Assembly (NCBI GenBank): GCA_964016885.1
Contig: OZ024740.1
Location: 260,772,001 to 260,836,000, forward strand
Direction: 5' to 3'
Length of the DNA stretch: 64,000 bases
Source of the DNA: Eledone cirrhosa
Taxonomy: Eukaryota
Position numbers and translations under genes: made by a program. Position 1 is the first letter of the stretch. Every line of letters begins with the position of its first letter. Shown here piece after piece: positions 1 through 14,520 of the stretch. The notes under the pieces were generated by a model, which did not search any database, had not been told where the DNA came from, and saw nothing but the letters and a program-made list of their open reading frames with translations.

Positions 1-160
1 TGTAAATGTGGTTGGTGTTAGGAAGGGCATCCAACTGTAGAAAACCTGCCAGACAGTCCTATGCGAGCAAGACAATCACTCTTGCCTCAAGTGGGACTAC
101 CCCCGTCCAAACCCATGCAAGCGTGGAACACGGACGTTAAACGTTGATTATGATGATGAT
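1..160 (+). mobile_element. 3' UTR and (GAT)n tail of RTE LINE, family A
   Basis: Near-identical to 9383-9547, the 3' end of the RTE element at 5402-9547; ends in TGATGATGAT. Confidence 0.9.
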
Positions 161-1031
<871 letters not shown>

Positions 1032-1155
1032 GATGATTTCTAATGAATGAAACAGTTCTAGTCCTGTAGAATCTCATCTATATTAAAACTGTTATACTCT
1101 GCTATGTATTGAGTACCTTACTTACTGTGGTTACCTCCGATTCAACCCAAAATAG

Positions 1156-3021
<1,866 letters not shown>

Positions 3022-3685
3022 ATGGTGGCTGCCAACTCGTTTTCGAGTACGGCCACTACTTTACATCCATGTAGGATAACCCCTACCGAAGCGCTGAACG
3101 AGTGTGACTTTTTAGTCCAGCCAGCGACTTGAAACCTCTGGTACAAACACTACACCTGTGACAATTATTGACACAGTGCTAGGCCCATGGTAGGACAATT
3201 ATTGACACATAGTGCTGGGCCCATGTGAGGACAAGTGCAGAGAGATCTCCAGATATAAAGCAATGCCTGTGCCGTGAAGCTTTTATAGTGAGCAAAGGCA
3301 CTGCACAAAGCCAGTCCCACTCTCTTAACCAAGATGCTATTTACCAAAAAGAAGAACAAGTCAACATCATTGGATACCATCAGGGTTGCAGGTGTTATAT
3401 CAGAGTTTTCCTTCTCCTAGAATTCTGCCTTGACTAAGGCTAAAGGGGTCATCTCTCCCGGTGATTTTGGATGGCCATTGACTCTTAAGAGCTCCTTTGC
3501 CCTTTGACAGGTTTTGTTTTTAGTCCTGCAGGATGTCCAAAGTCACCCTCCTCACCAAGAAACCTTGGTGGGGTTGCCAGTTTAGTCGCCAACGACCCGA
3601 CCATGAGACAGGTTGTACTGGGATACATGTTACCAGTAGCACCAACTGGTGACATGTTACCAGTAGCACCAACTGGTGACCTGAC
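3022..3685 (-). mobile_element. Non-autonomous bipartite RTE derivative (5' UTR joined to ORF C-terminus and 3' UTR), copy 1
   Basis: Second copy at 46221-46830. Minus strand has an RTE-type 5' UTR motif (CTAGGAGAAGGAAAACTCTGA), a terminal C2H2 finger [21 protein letters not shown] and an (ATGT)n tail. Confidence 0.7.
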
Positions 3686-3813
3686 ATAATATACATATAT
3701 ATACATATATATACATACATATATACATATATATATATACATACATATATACATACATATATACATATATATATATATACATACATATATACATATATAT
3801 ATACATACATATA

Positions 3814-3844
<31 letters not shown>

Positions 3845-4485
3845 ATACATACATATATACATATATACATACATATATACATATATATATATACATACAT
3901 ATATACATACATATATACATATACATACATATATACATATACATACATATATACATATATACATATATATATATATATACATACATATATACATATATAT
4001 ATACATACATATATACATATATATATATACATACATATATATATATACATATATACATATACATATACACACATATATATATACATATATACATATACAT
4101 ATACACATATATATATAGATATATATAAATACATATATATATATATATATACATATATACATATATATACATATATATATAAATACATATATATATATAT
4201 ATATACATATATACATATATATACATATATATATACACATATATATATAGATATATATAAATACATATATATATATATATATACATATATACATATATAT
4301 ACATATATATATACACATATATATATAGAGATATATATATATATATATAAATACATATATATATATATATACATATATACATATATATACATATATATAT
4401 ACACATATATATATAGAGATATATATATATATATATATAAATACATATATATATATATATATACATATATATATGTATATATATG

Positions 4486-4535
<50 letters not shown>

Positions 4536-4687
4536 TGTACATATATATGTATATATATATGTATATATGTATATATATATGTATATATATATATATATGT
4601 ATGTATATATATATGTATATATGTATTTATATATATATATATATCTATATTTATATATATATATATATCTATATATATGTGTATATA

Positions 4688-4724
<37 letters not shown>

Positions 4725-4973
4725 GTATATATATATATGTATATATGTATATATATATATATATGTATATATATGTATATATATATATATATATGTAGAT
4801 ATATATGTATATATGTATATATGTATGTATATATATATGTATGTATATATATATGTATATATATATGTATATATGTATGTATATATATATGTATATATGT
4901 ATGTATATATATATGTATATATGTATGTATATATATATGTATATATGTAATTATATATATATGTATATATGTA

Positions 4974-5003
<30 letters not shown>
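3686..5003. repeat. Compound (TA)n/(TACA)n/(TATG)n microsatellite with a strand switch near 4470
   Basis: TACA-rich before about 4470, TATG-rich after. Confidence 0.95.
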
Positions 5004-5004
<1 letters not shown>

Positions 5005-5163
5005 CATCATCATCGTCATTTCATTTTACGTCCACTTTTCCCTGCTTGCAAGGGTGGGACGGGAACTGATTCTGGCTTGATTTCTACAGCTGGATGCCCT
5101 TCCTAACACCAACCTCATTTACAGTGAGTGCTGGATGCTTTTTTGCCGTGGCACCTCCACGAC
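5004..5163 (-). mobile_element. RTE 3' UTR fragment
   Basis: Reverse complement of the 6320-6515-type 3' UTR (GGTGTTAGGAAGGGCATCCAGCTGTAGAAA) with a (CAT)n tail. Confidence 0.85.
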
Positions 5164-5804
5164 CACATATACCAACACACACACACACACAGCAACATAC
5201 ACATATACCAACACACACACACACAAAACAGCATATATATGTATATATAAATATGCATTTATATGTATATATATATATACATATATATACATATATATAT
5301 TCATATATATATATATATACATATATATACATACATATATATATATACATATATATATATACATATATATATATACATATATATATTCATATATATATAT
5401 ACAGATTTGGTACCTTGAATGTAGGCACCTTAAAGGGTCGCTCTAACGAGGTTGTAGAAATGCTTGAACGTAAGGAGGTCGATGTTTGTTGTATCCAAGA
5501 GACCAGGTGGAAGGGTGGATCTGCTAGATACATTGTGGGTAGAAAACGATGCTATAAGCTTTTCTGGGTGGGAAACGACAATGGGCTGGGTGGAGTAGGA
5601 AGCATGGTAGCAGAAAAGTGGGCAGATAAGATAATAGACGTAAATAGAGTGAACGACAGAATAATTAAAATAAGACTTGTCCTCAATAGAACTACGGTGA
5701 CAGTAATATCCGCGTACGCACCCCAATCCGGACTGCCCGGCACCATAAAAGACAGATTCTATGAGACACTGATGCTCACTACCTCCCAAATAACCGACAG
5801 CGAT

Positions 5805-6515
5805 GTTGCATGGTAGTGAGACCTGGGCGCTGAAGGTGGAAGACTTACGTAGATTAGAGAGAAACGAAGCCTGCATGCTCCGATGGATGTGTAACAGTAA
5901 TATACGTGAACGACAAAGCATAAAGGAATTGAGAGAGAGACTGAGCATAAGAGGAATCAAATGCTGCGTGCAGGAGAGGCGGTTACGCTGGTATGGACAT
6001 GTGATGCGTATGAAGGATGACAGCTGCATAAAAAGGTGCAGAGCACTAGAAGTTGATGGAAACCGCGGAGTGGGGAGACCCAAGATGACTTGGGATGAGG
6101 TGATAAAAGCCGACCTTACCCAACTACACCTCTCAAAGTCAATGACACACGACCGTGACTTCTGGCGTCACGCAGTAATACAGGGTACCCGACCTCCCAT
6201 GGGTACATGCTGAAGCATATAAACAATATGCCCCCCCCCCCACCGCAAGGTGGCAGTGGAGGTGCCACGGCAAAAAAGCACCCAGCCCACACTGTAAAGT
6301 GGACGTGTAGGCGCCACGAAAAAGCACCCAGCACTCACTGTAAATGAGGTTGGTGTTAGGAAGGGCATCCAGCTGTAGAAATCAAGCCAGATCAGTTCCT
6401 GTATGAGCAAGGCATGGTCAGCCGACCAGACACTGCCCACAACAGGACAACCCGTCTAACCCATGCTAGCGTGGAAGAACGGACGTAAAACGGTGATGAT
6501 GATGATGATGATGAT
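5805..6515 (+). mobile_element. 5'-truncated RTE copy nested in the endonuclease of the 5402-9547 element
   Basis: Encodes LHGSETW...RRLRWYGHVMR...GRPKMTW, then 3' UTR and (GAT)n; host EN resumes at 6516. Confidence 0.9.
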
Positions 6516-9161
6516 GACTATATAATTATTGCAGGCGACCTAAACGGTCACGTTGGACAACATTGTGACGGCTACGACGAAATCCGTGGAGGCTATGGGT
6601 TTGGTACTAGAAATGAGGAAGGCTCGAGAATCCTGGAATTCTGCGACGCAAATAACCTAACTATCTGCAACACTAACTTCAAAAAACGAGACAATCACTT
6701 GATCACCTACAGATCAGGGGAACATACTAGCCAGGTAGATTATATCCTTACCAGAAGACGTGACAAAGTGACTGTCGTAAACACTAAATCCCTCCCCCAT
6801 GAAGAATGCACTTCCCAACATAGACTGATAATTAGCGACCTAATAGTCAGGACGAGACGTACTAGACAACAGAAGAGGACTATCCTCAGGAGAAAAATAT
6901 GGAAGCTAAAGGACCCCACAGCCAAAAATAAATTCCAAAGCATATTACTTGATGCTTTCGACAGTGAGGAAGAGCAATTAGAGACGTACAAGGTAGAGGA
7001 ACAGTGGGAATTCCTGAAAGCAAACCTGCTGACGGCGGCAGACGAGGTCTGTGGCTGGAGCAGGCCTGTAGGCAGGAGGAGAGTAACATGGTGGTGGAAC
7101 AGTAAGGTGGAGGGGTCAATTAAGGCCAAAAAGCAGGCTTGGAAAGTATGGCGGGATGAGGGAAGCAGAGAAGACTATCAAGTGGCCAGGAGGGAAGCTA
7201 GGAGACAAGTGTACTTCGCAAGAAGGGAAGCAGAGGAAAGAAAGTTCAAGCATGTTCTACAACGCGATGACCAAAAACGTGAGGTGTTCAGGATTGCTAG
7301 GCAATGTGTCAAGGAAAACAGTGATATTGTCGGGGAGAAGTGTGTACTTAACGATGACGGCATACTTGCCATCACCGACGCCGATAAGAAGGTAGCTTGG
7401 AAGTGTCACTATGAAAGGCTACTAAATGAGGAGAATAAATGGGAGAAAGACAGTCTCCCCCACATCGACCCAATAGAGGGACCAGCAGTGTTAGTCGAGG
7501 GTAGTATAATAAGTAAGGCAATCAAAGATATAAAGACAGGCAAGGCGGCTGGGCCTTCGGAAATAGTTGCCGAGATGCTGAAGGCATCTGGTACGGTGGG
7601 ACACACCATGGTCACCCGGATAGTCAACCAAGTCATACAGAATGGGGTTGTTCCGAAGGACTGGCGCAGCAGCATTATCGTTAACTGTTATAAGGGTAAA
7701 GGAGATGCCCTAGATAGGAGTAACTATAGAGGCATTAAATTAATCGACCAGGTCATGAAGGTCACGGAAAAAGTTATAGCGCAACTAATCAGAGAGCGAA
7801 TTGATCTAGATGAAATGCAGTTCGGGTTTGTGTCAGGAAAAAGTACCACAGACGCTCTTTTCATTGTACGACAACTACAGGAGAAGTACCTAGCTAAAAG
7901 TAAACCCCTATACTTAGCTTTCGTCGACTTGGAGAAGGCCTTCGACAGAGTCCCCCGTTCCATTATCTGGTGGGCTCTTAGAAAACTAGGTGTTGATGAA
8001 TGGCTTGTGAGAGCTATACAAGCCATGTATAAAGAAACAGTCAGCAAGGTTAGAATTAACAACGAATATAGTGAAGAGTTTAGCGTAAAAGTTGGCGTCC
8101 ATCAGGGCTCTGTTCTCAGCCCCCTACTATTTATTATTGCCCTTCAGGCTATAACAGAGGAGTTCAAAACCGGCTGCCCATGGGAACTCCTATACGCAGA
8201 TGACCTAACACTCATAGCGGAATCAATGGCCAAGCTAGAGAAGAAATTCCAAACATGGAAGCACGGCCTAGAATCAAAAGGCCTTAAAATTAACCTAGCT
8301 AAGACTAAAGTTCTAGTTTGTAAGAAAGAAAATAAGGTGGCGGTCCCGTCCGGGAAGTGGCCATGCTCAGTGTGTAGGAAAGGAGTAGGCAGAAACTCTA
8401 TTTTATGTCCCAAATGCAAAGTATGGGTGCATAAAAGTTGTAGTGGGATCACAGGTAAGCTAACTAAGAATATAGATTTTATATGTGGCTGGTGCTCTGG
8501 TGCAATAAGGAGCAGCAAGTGCCCACTGAATACTAGCTCTTTCAACTGCGCAGAGGGTTCTATAGAAATAGTGGACAGCTTCCGTTACCTGGGTGACAAA
8601 ATCAGCAGTGGGGGAGGGTGCTCTGAAAGTACAGTAGCTAGAGTCAGAACTGGGTGGAAAAAGTTCAGAGAGCTTATACCACTATTAGCCGCTAAAGGGT
8701 TCTCCCTAAAAATGAAAGGCAGGCTGTACGATGCCTGCATACGAACAGCAATGTTGCATGGCAGTGAGACCTGGGCATTGTGTGCAGAGGATATACGCAG
8801 ACTAGAGAGAAACGAAGCTTGCATGCTCCGCTGGATGTGTAATAGAAATATACGTGAACGACAAAGCATAAACGAACTAAGGAAAAAATTAGAAATAAGA
8901 GGGATCAGATGTTGTTTACTAGAGAGAAGGCTACGTTGGTATGGTCACGTGATGCGCATGAAGGATGATAGCTGTATAACAAAGTGCAGGGCAATAAAGA
9001 TAGACGGTAGCCATGGAATAGGCAGACCCAGAAAAACCTGGGACGAGCTGATAAACACCGACCTCACACACTTACACCTCACCAAGACAATGTCACTGGA
9101 CCGAGACCTTTGGCGGTACTCAGTAATAGAGAAGACCCGCCTTGCCAGTAGGCATCTCTAA
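6516..9161 (+). CDS. RTE ORF: C-terminal endonuclease, reverse transcriptase with internal PHD-type finger, C-terminal domain
   Basis: Open from GAC TAT ATA ATT (DYII) at 6516 to stop at 9161; track ORF 6699-9161; continues the frame of the 5402-5804 EN N-terminus. Confidence 0.9.
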   Translation, partial: DYIIIAGDLNGHVGQHCDGYDEIRGGYGFGTRNEEGSRILEFCDANNLTICNTNFKKRDNHLITYRSGEHTSQVDYILTRRRDKVTVVNTKSLPHEECTSQHRLIISDLIVRTRRTRQQKRTILRRKIWKLKDPTAKNKFQSILLDAFDSEEEQLETYKVEEQWEFLKANLLTAADEVCGWSRPVGRRRVTWWWNSKVEGSIKAKKQAWKVWRDEGSREDYQVARREARRQVYFARREAEERKFKHVLQRDDQKREVFRIARQCVKENSDIVGEKCVLNDDGILAITDADKKVAWKCHYERLLNEENKWEKDSLPHIDPIEGPAVLVEGSIISKAIKDIKTGKAAGPSEIVAEMLKASGTVGHTMVTRIVNQVIQNGVVPKDWRSSIIVNCYKGKGDALDRSNYRGIKLIDQVMKVTEKVIAQLIRERIDLDEMQFGFVSGKSTTDALFIVRQLQEKYLAKSKPLYLAFVDLEKAFDRVPRSIIWWALRKLGVDEWLVRAIQAMYKETVSKVRINNEYSEEFSVKVGVHQGSVLSPLLFIIALQAITEEFKTGCPWELLYADDLTLIAESMAKLEKKFQTWKHGLESKGLKINLAKTKVLVCKKENKVAVPSGKWPCSVCRKGVGRNSILCPKCKVWVHKSCSGITGKLTKNIDFICGWCSGAIRSSKCPLNTSSFNCAEGSIEIVDSFRYLGDKISSGGGCSESTVARVRTGWKKFRELIPLLAAKGFSLKMKGRLYDACIRTAMLHGSETWALCAEDIRRLERNEACMLRWMCNRNIRERQSINELRKKLEIRGIRCCLLERRLRWYGHVMRMKDDSCITKCRAIKIDGSHGIGRPRKTWDELINTDLTHLHLTKTMSLDRDLWRYSVIEKTRLASRHL

Positions 9162-9799
9162 CAAAATACACCCCGTCCCACCACCACAACCCCCCACCCC
9201 ATCCACACCACCCCGTTCTATGTAAAGTTATGTTGGTGCCGCGCCATCTAAAGTTATGTTGGTGCCGCGCCATCCAGGCCGAAACAAATGAGATCGTGTA
9301 GGTGTCACGACAAAAAAACACACAGTCCACGCTGTAATGTGGCCGTGTAGGCAACACGGTAAAAACCTCCCAGACCCACACTGTAAATGTGGTTGGTGTT
9401 AGGAAGGGCATCCAACTGTAGAAAACCTGCCAGACAGTCCTATGCGAGCAAGAAAATCACTCTTGCCTCAAGTGGGACTACCCCCGTCCAAACCCATGCA
9501 AGCGTGGAACACGGACGTTAAACGTTGATGATGATGATGATGATGATATATATTCATATATATATATACATATATATACATATATATATATACATATATA
9601 GATATATACATATACATATATAGATATATACATATACATATATAGATATAGATATATACATATACATATATAGATATATATATATACATATATAGATATA
9701 TACATATACATATATATACATATATACATATATATACATATATACATATATATATATACGGAGGAGGTTATAGTTCACTTGAAGCATTGTGTAATGAGG

Positions 9800-10066
9800 T
9801 ATAAACGTTTGAATTTGTAAAGCCAAACAATGCAGGTATGGACATAGAATAAAAAAAAAATGCAAATGCAAAAGATATTGTTGACAATTAGTCCTTAGAT
9901 CTATTTAAATGTCCTTAATTTTCGAGATAATATCTCTATTTAGAACACTGGTTTAAATAAATCTAAGGTAAAAGACTAATTGTCAACAATATCTTTTGCA
10001 TTTGCATTTTTTTTTTATTCAATGTCCATACCTGCATTGTTTGGCTTTACAAATTCAAACGTTTAT
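9800..10066. repeat. Fold-back inverted repeat, arms about 110 bp, spacer about 40 bp
   Basis: 9800-9909 is the near-perfect reverse complement of 9952-10066. Confidence 0.92.
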
Positions 10067-10145
10067 ATATACATATATACATATATATATATATATACAT
10101 ATATATGTGTGTGTATATGTATATCTCAGTGGATGCGACCAGATT

Positions 10146-10319
10146 TCAACACAACAACAACAACAGCAGCAACACCAACAACAACAACAACGGCAACAAC
10201 ACCATTGTCTGTGTTGAATGTGTGTGTATGTATGTATTTATATGTATGCGACTGCAATAACAGCATCAACACCATTGTTTGCAGCAACAGCAGCAGTGAA
10301 ATGAAGAAGAACAACAACA

Positions 10320-10373
<54 letters not shown>

Positions 10374-10540
10374 CCATTGTCTGTGTTGAATGTGTGTGTA
10401 TGTATTTATATATATGCGACTACAATAACAGCATCAGTGAAAACAACAACAACAACAACAGCAACTACAATAACAACTACAGCAGCAACAACTGCCACCA
10501 CCATCACTGACCATCCACCACCACCACCACCACCATTACC
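10146..10540. repeat. (CAA)n/(CAG)n/(CAC)n tract with an internal direct duplication of about 65 bp
   Basis: ACCATTGTCTGTGTTGAATGTG... occurs at 10201 and 10373. Confidence 0.85.
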
Positions 10541-10649
10541 AGCGTAAAGCAAACAATTATTATTATATACAAGCTGAACTGGACTGGGAAAGGTCAACAC
10601 TTGACATGATATTGATTTTGATTTTGTATTTGTATCAGTACTGCCGGTA

Positions 10650-10685
<36 letters not shown>

Positions 10686-11031
10686 TTGTGAGTGGTGTGT
10701 GTGTTTGTATGCATGAATGAGTGTTGGTATGTGAGTGGCGTGTGTGTGGTTGTGGTTTGTATGCATGAGTGTTGGTGTGTGAGTGTGTGTGTGTGTGTGT
10801 GTGTGCGTTGTGTCAATAAGTTTTTTTTTTTTTTTTTTTAATGACCATGCTGTAAAATGGAGGGGTAGAGAGGGCCCTTGAGTCTAGTAAGACATCCTCT
10901 CTAGTGCTGGTGGCACAAATAGAAGCACCCAGTCCATGCTGTAAAGTGGCGCTGGTGTTAGGAAGGGCATCCAACCAGTGTATCAATGCCAAAACGCTTA
11001 TCAGCACAGAAACAAATAGGAACAATAAAAT

Positions 11032-14000
11032 ATGAAGACGTCGCATCTCAGAGTTGCAACACTTAATGTTGGCACTCTCAGAGGTAGATCTGCTGAAATA
11101 GTGGAGATGCTGGAGAGAAGGCAGGTAGATGTGTGCTGCGTGCAAGAGGTGAGATGGAGAGGTGCCTCTGCGAGACTAGTCGTAGGCAAACGTCTTAGCT
11201 ATAAGCTATTCTGGGTAGGTAAGGATGATGGGTTAGGGGGAGTAGGCATTTTCCTGGCTGAGAAATGGATCAATAAGACAATAGAGGTAGTTCGAGTTAG
11301 TAATCGAATAATTAAGCTTAGATTAGTTGTAGGCAGGAGACTACTGACAATCATCTCGGCCTATGCTCCCCAAGCAGGCCTAGGCAAAGATGAGAAAGAC
11401 TGCTTTTACGAGCAACTTTTACAAACAACCGCAATGACAGAGGACGGAGACATCATTATGCTAGCAGGAGACTTCAATGGTCATGTTGGACAGCTCCAGG
11501 ATGGTTACACTGGGGTACATGGTGGGCACGGTTACGGTTCAAGAAATGAGAAGGAGTGAGACTTCTTGAATTTTGTGATGCAGGTACATTGACTATTTGC
11601 AACACAAACTTCCAGAAACCTGCCAATCACCTAATAACCTACAAATCTGGTGAGCACATAAGCCAGATTGACTTCTTACTAGTTAGGCAGCGGGACAGGC
11701 ATACCCTGGGGAAGAATGTACCCCACACCATAGGTTAGTTGTTAGTGATATCTCAGTAAGCAAGAGATGGAATGAGACATATAGGAAGGTGTGGAGAAGA
11801 AAGGTCTGGAAGCTAAAAGACCTTTCACTAAAATACAAATTTAGGAAAGCCCTTCAAGATGTATATGACGAAAAAGAAGACGATTTAGAGACGTATGACA
11901 TAGATAATAACTGGAATTTCTTACGTGACAACTTGCTGCAGGCTACTGATGAAACTTGTGGCTGGAGCAGAGCTCCAACCAGACAGAGAGTGACCTGGTG
12001 GTGGAACAGCACAGTAGATAAGGCTATTAGAGACAAAAAACTAGCATGGAAGGCTTGGGAAAAGGGTGGGAGTAGAGAAGAATATACAGCCACTAAGAGA
12101 GAAGCTAGACGTCAGGTGTACTTAGCACGCAGGGAGGCGGAGAGTAGGAGGTTTGCCAATGTTCTGCGACGGGAAGATCAGAGCCATGCGGTGTTCCACA
12201 TTGCAAGGCAGTGCGTCAATGCAAATCAGGATGTTGTTAGAGATAAATGTGTCCGGAATGATGCCGGTGTACTTAGTGTCACGAATGATCAGAAAAAGGA
12301 GGCCTGGAAATGTCATTATGAGAACAAATGGGAGAGAGAGAAATTACCCTCGGTAGATCCGACAGAGAGACCAGCTATTGAGATTGAGGAATATAGGGTC
12401 CAAGAGGCGATTAGGGAAATGAAAAATGGTAAGGCTGCCGGAACATCGGGAATAGTTGCTGAGATGCTGAAGTCATCAGGGGACGTAGGCACTAAACTGG
12501 TTGCACGCATGATCAATCAGGCTATATATGGTGGTGTCATACCCCAAAACTGGTGCAGCAGTATTCTCATAAATTGCTACAAAGGTAAAGGGGATGCTCT
12601 GGAGAGGAGCAATTATAGGGGTATGAAATTGATAGATCAGGTTATGAAAGTGGCAGAAAGGATATTAGCACAACTAATTAGAGAAAGGGTCAAACTAGAT
12701 GAGATGCAGTTTGGTTTTGTGCCTGGGAAGAGTACAACAGATGCCCTCTTCTTGGTGAGACAATTGCAAGAGAGGTTCTTAGAGAAGAATAAGCCACTAT
12801 ACTTAGCCTTTGTTGACCTAGAGAAGGCCTTTGATAGGGTACCCCGATCTGTCATCTGGTGGTCCCTAAGAAAGCTAGGTGTTGAGGAATGGCTTGTGAG
12901 GACAGTGCAAACATTGTACAGAGGTACTCTCAGTAAAGTCAGGGTAGGAATGGTGTTAGTGAGGAATTCCAGATACAGGTAGGAGTACATCAGGGTTCGG
13001 TCCTCAGCCCACTCTTGTTCATTATAGTCCTCCAAGCCATAACAGAGGAGTTTAAGACTGGCTGTCCATGGGAACTTCTCTATGCTGACGATCTCATTCT
13101 TATAGCAGAATCAGTAGAGGAGCTAGAGAATAAATTCTGGCTATAGAAACAGCAGTTGGAAGCAAGAGGACTGAGAGTGAACCTGGCTAAGACAAAAGTG
13201 TTGATGAGTAGAAAAGAGGACAAAACCCTGATTCCGTCAGGGAAATGGCCATGTTCGATATGCAGAAAAGGAACTGGCATAAATTCTATAAAATGCACAC
13301 AATGCAGATCCTGGGTACACAAGAGATGTAGTGGGATAGCAGGCAAACTAACAGGTAGGGAGAAATATGTATGCAGTAGATGTACAGGGAAATTAGACAG
13401 TAGAAGTCACATTGATAGACACATTTTTCAAATGCAGGAGGGCGCTATAGAAGTGGTGGATAGCTTCCGGTACCTAGGAGATCAGATTAGCATGGGAGGA
13501 GGGTGTTCCGAGGCCATAGTATCTAGAATAAGGACGGGTTGGAAGAAGTTTAGGGAGCTGCTTCCTCTGTTGACGAAGAAGGGTTTCTCTCTGCGTACGA
13601 AAGGCCGGTTGTATGATGCCTGTGTGAGGAGCGCGATGCTGCATGGTAGTGAGACATGGGCAGCAACTGCAGAGGATATGCGACGGCTGGAGAGAAATGA
13701 GGCAAGCATGCTCCGTTGGATGTGCAGTGTAAATGTGCGTGAACGACCCAGCATAAATGTGTTGAGAGAGAAACTGTGTCTGAGAGGGATAGAATGTAGT
13801 GTACGGGAGAGGAGACTGAGGTGGTATGGACATGTGATGCGCATGGAGGATGACCGATGGGTGAAGAAGTGCCAGGAAATGCCAGTTGAAGGAAGACGTG
13901 GTAGAGGTAGACCACGAAAAACATGGGCGGAGGTGGTGAGAACAGACCTCAGATCATTGAAGCTCACGGTGGAGATGACGAAGGACCGTGACAAGTGGAG

Positions 14001-14079
14001 AGATGCTGTGCTGAATAAGACCCGTCCCACCCTTGTAAGCAGGGAAAAGCGGACGTAAAATGATGATGATGATGATGAT
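11032..14079 (+). mobile_element. RTE LINE family B, near full length but inactivated
   Basis: EN (VATLNVGTL, VQEVRW, AGDFNGHVG), RT (FVDLEKAFDRV, YADD near 13081), PHD-type finger; frameshifts near 11556, 11700 and 12960, TAG at 13144; (GAT)n tail directly after the stop. Confidence 0.93.
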
Positions 14080-14520
14080 ATATACATATATATATATATA
14101 GGAGCCGCAGAAACCCAAATACTGGATTTTACCAACCTTCCAGGGGTCCGGGTAAATTTTCAATCACAGATATTTTATATTTGTTTGACCCGAATTACTT
14201 GATCGTTTTTTTGGCTATGCGAATGATTGTTTAACCATCGTCTCAGTGTGTTTGGCCTTTAACGTTTGTTATAGCTCTGGTTCATCTGAATCATTGAGCA
14301 CTTGCCACACATCTCGGAGGTTGTTTTTCGTTATTTCGTGGGCCGAAATGCGATTCTCGATAATTTATGTTTGTATTAATCTCCAGACTCTAGCTATTGA
14401 CCAGTTAATTTTCTTGATTTTTTAGTTGATTCTATTGACTGATGAATAGCTTATGTTAATTTTAACCCGTCTGTTGAGAACTCTATTCGATTTGTGATGT
14501 TTTTGCATTCTTGTAAAAAT

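Larger units (their letters stand above)
5402..9547 (+). mobile_element. RTE-clade non-LTR retrotransposon (family A), near full length, interrupted by a nested copy at 5805-6515
   Basis: APE endonuclease motifs ([40 protein letters not shown]), RT motifs (NYRGIKL, QFGF, FVDLEKAFDRV, GVHQGSVLSP, YADD at 8193-8204, FRYLG), 3' UTR and (GAT)n tail. Confidence 0.95.

Noticed and set aside
9980-10510. Poly-T/S/N/H ORF
   Set aside because: Trinucleotide repeats and a fold-back arm; no domain or splice support
14101-14520. Possible PLE GIY-YIG remnant and CTGATGA at 14439
   Set aside because: No convincing motif set and no matching GAAA or stems
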